Translations under genes and position numbers: made by a program | Notes under the pieces: model-generated | What the model was told of the DNA's origin: nothing | Database searches by the model: none | Seen by the model: the letters and a program-made list of their open reading frames with translations, nothing else | Shown: in pieces, positions 25,905 to 39,096 of the stretch | Numbering within the stretch: the first letter of the stretch is position 1 | Layout of the letters: the number at the start of each line of letters is the position of its first letter | Assembly: GCA_051313645.2 (NCBI GenBank) | Contig: JBNRSN020000003.1 | Span: forward strand, 195,052,001 to 195,116,000 | Source of the DNA: Centroscyllium fabricii | Taxonomy: Eukaryota | DNA: 64,000 bases | Reading direction: 5' to 3'

Positions 25905-28900
25905 TGTGGCGACACGCCCACCAAGACCAACGAATCCGCCTCGGGAGCACTGCGGGACACGGCCCCGCCCGCCGGGCGGCGTGATGACATCACCGTGACT
26001 TCCGGCGTGATGACGTCACCGGGACTTCCGGCAGTGACGTCACCAACCGCGGGCCCTTTAAATATGCCTGGTCCAGGTGGTTCAGTCTCTTCGCTACCTG
26101 GCCCTTGCAGTGTTAACTATTAAATGAGTGTTATCCGATTTCGCTGTGTCTAGCGTGGTTCTTCAGGACTGCATGCACTACAGTGGTGACCTCGATACTT
26201 GGAACGACTTCCAAGGGAACATAATGAAGCAGTTGCTGCAGGACTGAGGGCCAAGCTGCCTCAGTACACTCCCAACCAACATGCCAGCAGGGAGCCAAAC
26301 AGCGCGACTCCACAGACTGGGCCAGAACTACGGCCAAATACCAACCTTGCCAGAGTTCTGGGAACTACGTCCAGTGGCCTGGTTCCTCAGCACGGAGAAC
26401 ACCTACCGCATCCATGGCGTACAGGGGGACGATCGATACAGCCTGTTCTTCTCGGCCCTTTCGCAGACCACGGTCGACCGAATGTGGTCATCGATACAGC
26501 ACGAACCAACCGCTGGCAGGTACGAATTTCTTAAGGCCGCGCTGCTAAAGAAATTCACCTCCACCCAGTTTGAGCGCGACTGCCAGCTCATTAACCTCCC
26601 CGAACTCGGGGACGCAGACCCATCGGACCTCTGGGCCCAAATGGAAGTGCTCAATTGCGACCCGGCCACCATTAAGCGCGCCTTGTTCCTCCTCAAACTG
26701 CCTCCCTCCGTCAGACCGGCTCTGACGATCCTCGATCACTACACTAAAGAGCAACTGGCTGAGGAGGCCGACAAGCTGATGAGGGCCGAGCGCACCCGAG
26801 CCGCCACGTGCGAGCCCACTGCCGCGGCACCGGAGCACTACTATGCGCACCCCAGGGCCGGCCCCAAGTCTGATCCTAGGCCAGTGCGCACCCGCAAAAA
26901 GCCGCGCACAACAGGCCCCGGCTGGTGCTACTACCACACCAGGTTTGAAGCTAAAGCGCAGCGCTGCGTCCAGCCCTGCACCTTCAAACCCCAAACCAGC
27001 CCAAGCCCCACCATGTCCATAGGCCGCTCTGGAGCACTGCTCTTCGTCACGGACAGCAGCTCAGGCCTCCGCTTCCTCTGCGACACAGGCGCGCAGCACA
27101 GCATCGTGCCAGCCTCCCCCGCAGAAATCAAGCAAGGCACCCAAGGCCCACCACTCGAAGCCGCAAATGGCTCCGAGATAGTTACGTTCGGCACCCGCAA
27201 GCTCACCATCAAGCTAGCAGGCCACACGTACCAGTGGGACTTCATCGCAGCCCAAGTTAAACTACCCCTCTTCGGGGCCGATTTTCTCTGCGCCCACGGC
27301 CTACTGGTCGACGTAACTCGGCGCCGCCTGGTCGACATCCTTAACATGTCGACCATCCCATGCTCCACAGGGCCGGCACACCAGGCCCACGCAGCATCCC
27401 ACTGCCGAGCCCGGAACTCCGACACGTACGGCACGCTCCTCGCGGAGTTCCCGGCCCTCACCAACCCCACCTTCACAGCCCACACGGCCAAGCATGGGGT
27501 GGAGCATCACATCACCACCACAGGCCCCCCAGTCCACGCCCACGCACGCAGGCTGGACCCGGCCAAGCTGGAGATCGCGCGTACCGAGTTCCACATCATG
27601 GAACAACTCGGCATAATCCGCCGCTCCAGCAGCCCCTGGGCCTCTCCCCTCCACATCGCCCCCAAACCCGGCGGTGGCTGGCGCCCCTGCGATTACTACC
27701 GCCGCCTCAACAACGCCACCACCCCAGACAGGTACCCCGTACCCCACATCCAAGACTTCTCAGCAAGGCTAGCCGGCTGCACGGTCTTTTCAAAGATCGA
27801 CCTGGTACGGGGCTACCACCAAGTACCAGTGCACCCGGCGGACGTCCCTAAGACAGCCGTCATTACCCCGTTCAGCCTTTTCGAGTTTCTCCGAATGCCC
27901 TTCGGACTCAAAAACGCGGCCCAGGCCTTCCAACGCCTCATGGACTCAGTCCTACGGGACTTGCAGTTCACGTTCGTCTACCTGGACGACATCCTCATGG
28001 CCAGCACCTCCCCCCAGGAACACCTCCTCCATCTCAGGACCCTGTTCAAACGCCTGGTCGAACACGGCCTTATATAAAGCCCCTCCAAATGTCGGTTCGG
28101 CCTCGAGACGATCGACTTCCTCGGCCACCGCATTTCCCAGACCGGGGCCATACCCCTGCCCTCCAAGGTGCAGGCAGTCCAGGAATTCCCCCGCCCGCAC
28201 TCCATCAAGGGGCTGCAGGAATGCCTTGGGATGGTTAATTTTTACAACCGCTTCATCCCAGGAGCAGCCGCCCTCATGGCACCCCTCTATCAGGCCACCC
28301 GCGGGCAGTCCAACAAGGCTGCGGTCGAGTGGACGGCCGAAGCCACCACCACCTTCACCGCAACCAAAACCGCCCTGGCCAACGCCACGCTCCTAACCCA
28401 CCCTAGGCCCAATGCCAGAGTGGCCCTCACCACCGACGCCTCCGACCGCGCCGTCTGAGCAGTCCACGAGCAGTGGACAGGCAACTCCTGGCAACCCCTG
28501 GCCTTTTTCAGCCGGCAACTCCGGCCCCCGGAGGTCAAGTATAGCGCCTTCGATAGGGAGCTACTCACTCTCTACCTCACAGTGCGCCACTTCCGGTTCC
28601 TCCTAGAGCGCCGCCACATTACAGCCTTCGTAGGTCACAAGCCACTCGTGTCAGCAATGGCTAAGATCGCCGAACCCTGGTCGGCCAGGCAGCAGCGCCA
28701 GCTCGCGGCTGTGTCGGAGTTTACCACCGACATACAGCACATCGCCAGCCATGACAACGTGGTCGCTGACTGCCTGTCACGCTCCACCATCAACTCCGTA
28801 CAAACGGCCGTCGACTACGCCAAAATGGCTGCTGACCAACTGACCGACCCTGATCTGCTCGACCCAGCTACCAACCTCCCCGGCCTGCACTTGGCCACCG

Positions 28901-30478
28901 TAGCACATGGGCCCACAGCCACGGCGGTCCGCTGCGACGTCTCCCTCCCGCAGCCCAGACCCGTCGTCCCCCACGCATGGAGGCGACACATCTTCCAGAC
29001 CCTCCATGACCTGTCCCACCCCGCCGCCCGCGCGTCCACGAAGCTGATTTCGGCACATTTCGTTTGGCGTGGCCTGCGCAAGGATGTCCGCACCTGGACC
29101 AACGCCTGCACTGCCTGCCAGTGCGCCAAGCTGCACAAGCACATCAAGGCACCACCAGAAACGATCGCCATCCCAGCTAGACGCTTCAGCCACGTCCACA
29201 TCAACCTGGTCGGACCACTAGCGCCATCACGGGGACATACACACGTCATGACAATGGTCGACCGCAGCACCCGCTGGCCAGAAGCGGTCCCACTCACCGC
29301 TACCACCACTGCGGACCTGGCCAGGGCCTTCATCGCCACCTGGGCCGTACGTTTCGGCGTACCCACCGACATCACGTCGGACAGGGGCCCCCAATTTACC
29401 TCAACCCTATGGGCGACCATCGCCCACGACCTCGGGGCAACCCTGCACCGAACCACCGCCTACCACCCACAGGCCAATGGCCTCTGCGAACGTTTCCACC
29501 GCTCCATCAAAGCTTCCCTGCGGGCCAGCCTTAAGGATGCAACCTGGACCGACCGCCTGCCCTGGGTAATGCTCGGCCTATGCTCAGCGGCCAAGGAAGA
29601 CCTGCACGCCTCAGCGGCTGAACTCGTCTACGGCCAACCCCTAACCGTACCAGGCGAGTTCGTCGCAGAAACCACCGCCCCCTGGTCAGCCGACCGCTGC
29701 CTCAAGGAATTTAACAATCAGGCAGGGGCGTTCAAACCACTCCCGGTGGCCCGGCATGGAGAGCCGGCAACACGTGTTCCAGATGGCATCAAGAACGCCA
29801 AATATGTGTTTGTCCGCCACGACGCACATCGAACACCACTACAGCCACCGTACGATGGACCGTACAGAGTGCTTCGGGCGGGACCTAAGACATTCCAAAT
29901 CAAAATGGGCAATAGAACTGAGACTGTCTCAATTGACCAGCTCAAACCGGCACATGTAATGGCGGGCGAGACAACAGTACCCGCGCAGCCACCAAAACGC
30001 GGACACCCTACCGCACCAAAGCCCGCCCACACTCCCACGCAGAACAAGGAGCAGCGCATGACACGTGCCGGCCGCATCATCCGGCCACCTCAACGCCTCG
30101 CCTGAGACTCACCTTTTATGCTCCATTTTTTTATTTTTACTTTATTCTCCCTTTTTTATTTTTAACTTTATTCTCCCTCACAGATTCTGGGGGGGCGCTG
30201 TGTGGCGACACGCCCACCAAGACCAACAAATCCGCCTCGGGAGCACTGCGGGACACGGCCCCGCCCGCTGGGCGGCGTGATGACATCACCGCGACTTCCG
30301 GCGTGATGATGTCACCGGGACTTCCGGCAGTGACGTCACCAACCGCGGGCCCTTTAAATATGCCTGGTCCAGGTGGTTCAGTCTCTTCGCTACCTGGCCC
30401 TTTCAGTGTTAACTATTAAATGAGTGTTGTCCGATTTCGCTGTGTCTAGCGTGGTTCTTCAGGACTGCATGCACTACA
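25905..30478 (+). mobile_element. Full-length Gypsy, CsRN1-type (copy B); LTRs 25905-26182 and 30201-30478
   Basis: 278-bp LTRs (6 mismatches by eye); TSD GTGC; PBS TGGTGACCTCGA; PPT; CHCC motif. Confidence 0.97.
26281..30105 (+). pseudogene. gag-pol of copy B; one frame with two premature stops
   Basis: ORFs 26281-28077, 28168-28458 and 28582-30105 share a frame; stops end at 28077 and 28458. Confidence 0.93.
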
Positions 30479-31009
30479 GTGCCATACAACATGATGGAGG
30501 GTGTCCTCAGTGTGAAGACAGGACTTCGTATGCACCTGGACTGTGCGGTAGTCACCACTACCAATACTGTCACAGACTGGTGCATCTACGACAGGTAGAT
30601 CGGTGAGGACGAGATCAAGTAGGTTTTTCCCTCATGTTCATTGTTTCGCCACCTGCTGCAGGCCATTCTGACAGCTATGTCCTTTAGGACTCAGCCAGCT
30701 TGGTCAGTAGTGGTTCTGGAGCCCCAGCTTATAGTGCTTTGAAAGGTTGGAACTCCCATTCTATTAAGTTTGAAAACGCAGCTGTACTGATCTGGGGAAA
30801 TGCTGAGCATGTAACGGTTTGGTGGTGGGGCCCAAATGCAAGACACTGGGACAAACGGTCTAGAGCTAAGATTCCTTTATTTCCCCAATTAGCCAATGCC
30901 AAAACATCTATATACATACAGTCAAAATATAACAATACAGAAATCAACGACATACACAAAAACGCTTCGGATCCCCAGGACACTCAGCGAAGAGCATCAA
31001 AGAGTTAGG

Positions 31010-31509
31010 AACTAGAACAAGCTTTCTTCTGTGCGTAGAACCTTTTACAACGACTACTACCATCAGAGTGGAACAAGCTTTATTTTGAACTGGAACAAGT
31101 TTTCTTCTGAACTGGAACAAGCTTTCTTCTGTGCGTAGAAGCTTTTACAATGACTACTACCATCAGAGTGGAACAAGCTTTATTTTGAACTGGAACAAGT
31201 TTTTTTCTGAACTGGAACAAGCTTTCTTCTGTGCGTAGAACCTTTTACAACGACTACTACCATCAGAGTGGAACAAGCTTTATTCTGAACTGGAACAAGC
31301 CTTCTTCTAAACTGGAACAAGCTTTCTTCTGTGCGTAGAACCTATTACAACGACTACTACCATCAGAGTGGAACAAGCTTTATTCCGAACTGGAACAAGT
31401 TTTCTTCTGAACTGGAACAAGCTTTCTTCTGTGCGTAGAACCTTTTACAACGACTACTACCATCAGAGTGGAACAAGCTTTATTCTGAACTGGAACAAGT
31501 TTTCTTCTG
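31010..31509. repeat. 5 x 100-bp tandem array in the 3' LTR
   Basis: ACT(A/G)GAACAAGCTTTCTTCTGTGCGTAGAA recurs at 31011, 31111, 31211, 31311 and 31411. Confidence 0.97.
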
Positions 31510-32140
31510 TACCCCCAGGACACTCAGCAAAGAGCATCCAACATAACTGAAGGGGCATCATAGTAATACGAATTAATGTCCAAACCTGAGTACAGGTGAT
31601 TGAGAGCAATGTCCAGAATATAGAAACAGGAATTCTCCAGGGTCAACTCCCCCGAGGAGACTAACTCCAACAGAGCCTTCAGCAGGAGAATCCATCTCTT
31701 CTACAAGCAGGGGAACTCCCCACATAAGACTGCCTCCACGGAGCTAGGACAGCACATCTGTATCCTAGTAGTAGGTAACGATCCGGCAATCTCCTGTTGT
31801 CAACCAAAAGCTTAAATACAGCTCAAGCTAATTGAGTAATTAGCTCAGTCCCCTTAATTGCACAAAACAATAAACGAGGTACAACTAGCTGTATTAACAG
31901 GAAAACAAGGTACAATGAACAAAACAGAGAACAGACATAGAATTCAAAGATGGAATCTTTAAAGGAGAATTCCATCTATGACAGAACCCCCCCCTCAAAG
32001 GACGACTGCTGACGTCCCAAATACCCAAATGCCGGAATAGGGTGGGTGGAGGGGTGCGGAGGAGGGACTAACCGTCCTTCAGGATTAAAAGGAATCCGAG
32101 GTATGCTAGATGCTACAGTGTCTGCTGGGCCCCCCTTTTG

Positions 32141-32151
32141 GCCGGATCGTT
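32141..32151 (-). promoter_or_regulatory. Self-priming PBS
   Basis: Minus AACGATCCGGC is the exact complement of minus GCCGGATCGTT at 33120-33130, about 30 nt downstream of TATTTAAG (33154-33161). Confidence 0.85.
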
Positions 32152-32352
32152 CTGTAACGGTTTGGTGGTGGGGCCCAAATGCAAGACACTGGGACAAACG
32201 GTCTAGAGCTAAGATTCCTTTATTTCCCCAATTAGCCAATGCCAAAACATCTATATACATACAGTCAAAATATAACAATACAGAAATCAACGACATACAC
32301 AAAAACGCTTCGGATCCCCAGGACACTCAGCGAAGAGCATCAAAGAGTTAGG

Positions 32353-32852
32353 AACTAGAACAAGCTTTCTTCTGTGCGTAGAACCTTTTACAACGACAAC
32401 TACCATCAGAGTGGAACAAGCTTTATTTTGAACTGGAACAAGTTTTCTTCTGAACTGGAACAAGCTTTCTTCTGTGCGTAGAAGCTTTTACAACGACTAC
32501 TACCATCAGAGTGGAACAAGCTTTATTTTGAACTGGAACAAGTTTTCTTCTGAACTGGAACAAGCTTTCTTCTGTGCGTAGAACCTTTTACAACGACTAC
32601 TACCATCAGAGTGGAACAAACTTTATTCTGAAATGGAACAAGCCTTCTTCTAAACTGGAACAAGCTTGCTTCTGTGCGTAGAACCTTTTACAACGACTAC
32701 TACCATCAGAGTGGAACAAGCTTTATTCCGAACTGGAACAAGTTTTCTTCTGAACTGGAACAAGCTTTCTTCTGTGCGTAGAACCTTTTACAATGACTAC
32801 TACCATCAGAGTGGAACAAGCTTTATTCTGAACTGGAACAAGTTTTCTTCTG
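32353..32852. repeat. 5 x 100-bp tandem array in the 5' LTR
   Basis: Same array, offset 1343 bp. Confidence 0.97.
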
Positions 32853-35650
32853 TACCCCCAGGACACTCAGCAAAGAGCATCCAACATAACTGAAGGGGCA
32901 TCATAGTAATACGAATTAATGTCCAAACCTGAGTACAGGTGATTGAGAGCAATGTCCAGAATGTAGAAACAGGAATTCTCCAGGGTCCGCTCCCCCGAGG
33001 AGACTAACTCCAACAGAGCCTTCAGCAGGAGAATCCATCTCTTCTACAAGCAGGGGAACTCCCCACATAAGACTGCCTCCATGGAGCTAGGACAGCACAT
33101 CTGTATCCTAGTAGTAGGTAACGATCCGGCAATCTCCTGTTGTCAACCAAAAGCTTAAATACAGCTCAAGCTAATTGAGTAATTAGCTCAGTCCCCTTAA
33201 TTGCACAAAACAATAAACGAGGTACAACTAGCTGTATTAACAGGAAAACAAGGTACAATGAACAAAACAGAGAACAGACATAGAATTCAAAGATGGAATC
33301 TTTAAAGGAGAATTCCATCTATGACAGAGCAGATGCGATAGGCGTGATTTTATCCCTTCCTGCACATGGGTAATGGTGTGGGCGGGATTTATGATTTCAG
33401 TGGGGGTTCTGCCATGTTCCACCTCCCATTCAACTTCCCTGCATTAAGTCACAAGAATAATGTTTAAGTCACAGCCCGGTGATATAATCAGGATGCACAC
33501 TCATTTTGCTTAGTGGCAACAATCCTGCTTCTGAATCAGAAGGTGATGGATTTGAGCCCCATTCCCAGTAGCCTCTGTGATTTTAATATGGTCTCTAAAT
33601 ACTGGGTTGAAATCCAGCAGGGTACTCACATCTGGACAGTGTGACCGCTGACTCAGTGGTAGTATTCCTGCCTCTAAGTCAGCAGAGTTAGGTTCAGGCA
33701 CCGTTCCAGACAACCCTGGCAAGTGGAGACTGGAGTGCTAGTTCTGAATGCTGGATTAACATGTAGCGGGTTTACTTATGTCTAATTGATGTGGGTTGCC
33801 CCCTCTCCCCATCATCGTAGAGAGTCCATGGAGCTGTTTAGCTTTGGTTATAACCTACCAAGGTACTCTGAAGATGAAACCATGAGGAAGGCAACAGGAA
33901 ACCACCTCAGCTAGTCTTCCCTTGTTAGTGGTGCAAGAGTCCCACGTGTACGACTTGTGTTAGGACCTGCCTGCGGACAGAACACAGTGAACGAAACTTG
34001 AAATAAAGAAAAGGGATGAGACAAAATCAATCTTGAAGGCTCACTTTCATTCTCTTGAAAAACACCTCCAAAGCAGAGATGTGGGAGCAGATGCATCAGG
34101 GACATTTGCATTTCCAATCTATCAAAAGAAAGAATGCTCTATCACATCCTGAAAATGATCAGCCTGAGACTGTCGGGCTACATCTGGATGCAAAATACAT
34201 TCATTTGGGAAAGCTAAATGAAAATTGTTATTGTAAAAAAATGTTTCCAATTACTGTATAATCTGCAGTCATATCTAATTTCCTTTGATGGATCAGTTGA
34301 TTGAAGCAATAAGTAACTGAACCATATGAATCAGACAGGTTCCAGGGTCAACGTCTGACCTCTGCTGAGTTAACCAATCTCAGCTAGGGAGGTAGTAGGA
34401 GTGTTCCATTTGGATTCCCCATCCTTTGGTTAGAAAAGGGGAAATCAGCTAGGGTTCTGCTTCTGATCACTATCCAGTGACCCCTGGTGGAAGTGCACAT
34501 GTGATGCCCCAGGTGGTTGAGTTCAGGGTGGAATTTTAACCCCAAAAATGGGTGGGTTTGGGTCGTGTGAGATGTTAAAAATGTTTAAATCTCAAATCCA
34601 ACCCAACCCGCCCACTTCTATTTTTAATGGAGGCGGGATGGGGAGTAGGCAACTAACTCACTCTCCGGAGGTGGGTTGTCCATTATAATGAGGCTGTGTG
34701 CCTCAGATTTAACCTATCTTCCAGGTTTAACCCTGGCAGTAAAAGGGAGGTGAGTACTGCTTCATGAAAAAGTGCCTTTCCAGCCCTGCTTGTGGGCCAG
34801 GAGGAGCAGGAGTACTTTCTCCGAGCCCACCAAGTTTACCCTCTTTCTAAATCAACAAATATATTACTAACATTTCTCAAACATATTACACAGTATTATC
34901 TGCAGCTTACTATAACTGTTAGCTATATAACACGCAAAACAGAACAAACTTTGTAATGTAGCAACAAAGCCTCCAGCACTTTTTGGCACAGTCAGCCATC
35001 AAGACCAAAGCTAAGGAACTCTGTCATCACTGTCCAACTTGAACAACTCAACCCAGCTCTCAGTCGATCTCTTGTCAGCAGTACATTTTTCCACAGAATC
35101 CTTATTTACAAAAATCATATGATCCCTCTGGTTAATCACATTCTGAAATACGATTCATTTGCTTTTGATGGCTTCTCTATGATTTCTGCTTTTTGAATCC
35201 TTTGACATGGGCCTCTGAGGATACACTCCCAAACATTAGCCACCTAGTCATACTATCCAGCTATGATAGTCTGCCTCATTTTTTCATTTGCACTAAAGGT
35301 AATTAGGTCTTCAGTCACCCAGGTTTCCCACAGCTTCATGAGGGCAACTTGAGGATGGTTTTGCCAAATACGTTAATGTCCTGAGAATGAATATTAAAAA
35401 AAATCAGGTCATTTTTCCTTTAGACAATTGTTATTTTTGAAGGGCATGTAAGGATTTTGTCTTTCTTCCTTCAATCCCACATATTGGATGAAATAACATT
35501 GAAACCACATACTGCTGTTCAGTTCCCTTTCTCCTCAGCAATCTTCTATGGCCTTCATCTTCAAGGCAGTAGAACAACTCATTCCTCTCAGGCCCATTTT
35601 AAATAAGATCTAATTTAAAATCAACTTAGCAATCTTGTAATGTGCAAGAT

Positions 35651-35932
35651 TGACGTATCGTCAATCAATACAAGAAAGACGAGTAGTTACCTTAACTATA
35701 GGCTTTTATTAACTTATAATGGAGCTAGTCTCCAGTCGAGTTCAAGGCGAGAATGAGCGGGGGCAGGGTGGCCCTCACCTATAAGCTCCCACCTGAGGGG
35801 AGGAGTTAGAGGTGTGGCTGACCTGGCCTTACATACAGTATACAGGTAAATACATCCATGTGTGACCCCACAGTGTACAAGGCCCGCTGATGAACCCACA
35901 ACTATATACAGCTGGTAATAACGGTTACCACA
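35651..35932 (-). mobile_element. Solo LTR related to the LTR at 50252-50499
   Basis: TG..CA ends; 5-bp TSD AAGAT; shared motifs (TCAATCA..AAAGAC..AGTTA..ATAGGCTTTTA, TTACCACA). Confidence 0.85.
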
Positions 35933-36674
35933 AAGATGTTGGCTGGTTCTTTTCACATGCATTCCACGTGTCTGTGTTTTGCTGCAGAAAAGATCATGAT
36001 GTACCCTCACTATCTACATAAGAATCCTTTCAATGGGCCAATGAAAATCTTGGTTCTTTCAATTCTTTAAAAGTGCAGAGGTAGATTTTCCACTTTATTG
36101 CCAAGATATCAAGCATCGCCTGAGTGCAAGACAGAGAGGAAAATCAAGCAGGCAGGGTTGCATGTCCATAACAAAGCTTGCCCAGTTTTCCACCCGTGGA
36201 AGGAAAATTGGGTGGGCTCCATTATGAGTGCGCAATTCTTCCTGCCAGATTTTCTTCTCTTTGTTCTAATTGGCCAATACTTAACATCCAGTTGGTAAAG
36301 GTGAAACTCTACCCCACACTTTCTTCATGTCTCTTGAAAGGCTAATCAACAGCTATGACCTTTGATGGCCCTTCCTAGGTCCTTCTTCATCATCCATTGG
36401 CATTCGTGGCCTCATTATCACCTCTGATATCAATTGGATTCTCAGATCTCCTTCGTTGCCAAATCTGCTTCCATGAAGCTTGGCTTCTTTTTTGTGGCAC
36501 AAAGTTCTTTACCCCTGAAAAATTCTTCTTTGAAAGAATTTCTATAATATCCAAATTTATCAAGGCTTGAATGCTGCTTCTTTCTCTGAGTATAGTCTTC
36601 TAATACCTTACTCACATACCTGGGGAGGGCAGAGAAAACTTTTCAACTGACAGGCAATGTTTCTTTCACTTTCT

Positions 36675-37450
36675 GGGGGGGAATTTCATATCCCCGTGAG
36701 GCGGGGTTTTCGGCGGCTCGGCCGGCAAAATAGCACAACCAGTGGGTCGCGACCCCCCCCCCCCCTCCACACTGGATCCCTGCTGCTTTATCATTTTCCC
36801 CCGCCCTAATTCCCCACCACAAAATCTTCCCGCCGGCAGCCAGCGGGGATGGGTTGTCACCTCATTAAGGGCCCTTAATTGGCATGTTTAATGCCATTTT
36901 AAGGGCCCTGAGCTGTTTCCCACCCTAACCCCGTCACCTTAAACCCCGTTGGATTGAGCACAGCGCTGGTCATTACTTTCTCCTTCAAGGTGTGAAGGAC
37001 ATGCTGCCAAATGCTTGGCATGTCTCCAGCACCTTAGAGGAGTAAGTTACTCTGTGGTGGTTGCACCAGCTGTGGACAAAAACTGAGAAATCTCAGCTTT
37101 GCGCATTTGCTCACAGCCACTGGCTAGCTGTCAAGGATTCGGAGCCTGCCTGCCCACCTGTCAGTCACCAGTACTTGACCTTTCCCATTGATTCCACTTG
37201 ACTGTGATGTCACAGTGGAGTGTTTCCATGGGAACTGTCAACAACCAGTGCTGGAACTGTCAATCAAGCTCCTCGCAGCCCCGCTGCAGCCCAATTCGAT
37301 TGAGTTAATTACCTGCGGCTGCCGCTGGCGGCGATTTAACAACTCAATTAAATTAAAATTGCGTGGGCTTCCCAGGCCCTTGGGCGGGCGGGGCAGGAAC
37401 CCGCCCAGACCAATCCCCGCCAGGTTCCCGCACCTCCGGCGAAATCTCCC
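36675..37450. mobile_element. MITE, Harbinger-type
   Basis: Ends GGGGGGGAATTTC / GAAATCTCCC; 3-bp TSD TCT; GC-rich subterminal CCCGCC motifs. Confidence 0.75.
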
Positions 37451-39096
37451 TCTAGTTTCTCTCTCTCTTGATCACTATCTTTCTTGTGCCTCTATTTTAT
37501 TGATACTAGTATGGTTAGTGCTCCTCTGAACTTTCTGCTCCTTATCCTTTGAAGGTCCCAATATACCATCCTACATACATGCTCTTATATATTTCTCCAT
37601 TGTGTATCACAGTCTGCCACTCTAACTCATTTTTCCCACAATCTGAAAATAGGTAGAAGTTCTTAACGTTTCTTAGTATTTCCCTTCTCCTACAATCTCT
37701 AGGCTTTTAAACCCCACCTAGTATCATCTAGGCTTTTAAACCCCACCTAGTATCACCTAAGCACAATCTTCTGGTTTGCCTCATTGCAGCTTTTACGCTT
37801 TCAACCACATTAGTGTCCTGCACTATGGGTCTTTGCACTTCACCTTGTTATCTCATTGGCCTGGAATTTCTTGGGAGCTGCTCCCACTCTGCCTTCAATG
37901 GAAATGTTGCAGAAACCCCACTTACGAATGTAAATTGGGTTTCGTCAAACTTCCAGCAAAGTTATGGTAGAGGGAAAGCAGCTCCGAGGAATTTCCAGGT
38001 CAATTGTGAATAAAAGTACATTCAAAGCCCATTTTTGTAAAAACATTTCTATGTGGAATGCATTCATGTATAATATACACCTGGGATTTAGAATCATTTC
38101 AGAATGCTAAGTGCCTTGGAAAATATTCTGGTAGTTCTTACTGGAGAATCAATTAACCAATTAGATGGAAATAACATATCCCTTGCACTTTCTTTTCCTG
38201 GTTTATTTGTATATTAAAGGGTCAGGAGGTCAGTGTCAAAGAAAATTAAATTGTCAATTTATCTGTGAGTAGGTTTTTAAAATTACTTATGTTTGAGTCA
38301 AGTATGAGTTTGACTTATAATAATTACTGCTTGATTCCACGTACTAATTGCAAAAGTGAGAAAAGACAGATTTGTTCATTAAATGTAATTGCTAATGTGG
38401 CAGACCATTTGGTGTAATGGAAGCAAGCAGAGAAACTAACTGTATCTGTGACTTTTCACCAAGTTCCACAAAGAGTTTGAACTTTTCTTTCCAGTTTTTC
38501 ATCAAACGTCTGCTGAAAACACATAATCCAACATGAGACAAATAAGCAACTGGATGTCATTAGTGATCTAGCAAGTTTGAACAATGTCCTGAAGCTTGAT
38601 ATTATAGTTCTGCCATTGCCAAAACAGTAATTATTACCTATCTGATGTATAACAGAAAATTTCCCTGGGAGTATCTTATATTCTCTGTACATTTTAAAGA
38701 GTAGTCCACTAAAAGAAATAGAATATTGTTTTAATCAGGAAACAATGAATTTAACTGTATAATTATCTGTCACATATTTTCCACTTTAAAGCAGAGTAAT
38801 TGAAATGTTTTTATTTAAATTTAGTTTACTCCATTAATAATGGTTTACCAGCTAGCTCTTGGGAACTAATTAACTTACTTGAAATTGTATCACAGTTGAT
38901 GATTAATTTCTACTTGAACTGTTCCACGCAACCAGCAGATTAATAAAGTTTAACCTTTAAATTTTAAATTCATGATACACATCACTCTCTCAGTGCACCA
39001 TTATTAAACATTTACATGGCACATTTGAGAATTAATTTTAGAAAATGTCAATTATTCCTATTTTTAGTTTTCACAACTATAATTATGCAGGAATCT

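Larger units (their letters stand above)
18706..30720 (-). mobile_element. Long degraded CR1-group LINE hosting three insertions (pieces 18706-19066, 23500-24586, 25213-25904, 30479-30720)
   Basis: RAGQRLGILRRV..YKAQVRSVMEYSPLAW, WETAQVCPIHKKQDKS, WDRFRTDLAAQNW on the minus strand; 3' tail at 18706-18780. Confidence 0.85.
30810..33326 (-). mobile_element. Non-autonomous Tf1/sushi-type LTR element; 5' LTR 32153-33326, 3' LTR 30810-31983, 169-bp internal region
   Basis: Two 1174-bp LTRs (TGTCA..TTACA on minus); 5-bp TSD GAGCA; G-rich PPT before the 3' LTR; PBS GAACGATCCGGCCA. Confidence 0.93.

Noticed and set aside
31010-32852. CRISPR-like repeat/spacer appearance
   Set aside because: The intervening segments are near-identical rather than unique spacers, there are no cas genes, and the array lies inside LTRs.
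30810-33326. Assembly artefact or simple tandem duplication
   Set aside because: The copies differ at about 1% of sites and are arranged with PBS, PPT and a 5-bp TSD.
37698-37757. 29-bp tandem duplication
   Set aside because: Ordinary local slippage with no further structure.
34880-37760. Decayed coding-like sequence on the minus strand between MITEs
   Set aside because: No open frame or motif that I can assign to a family.
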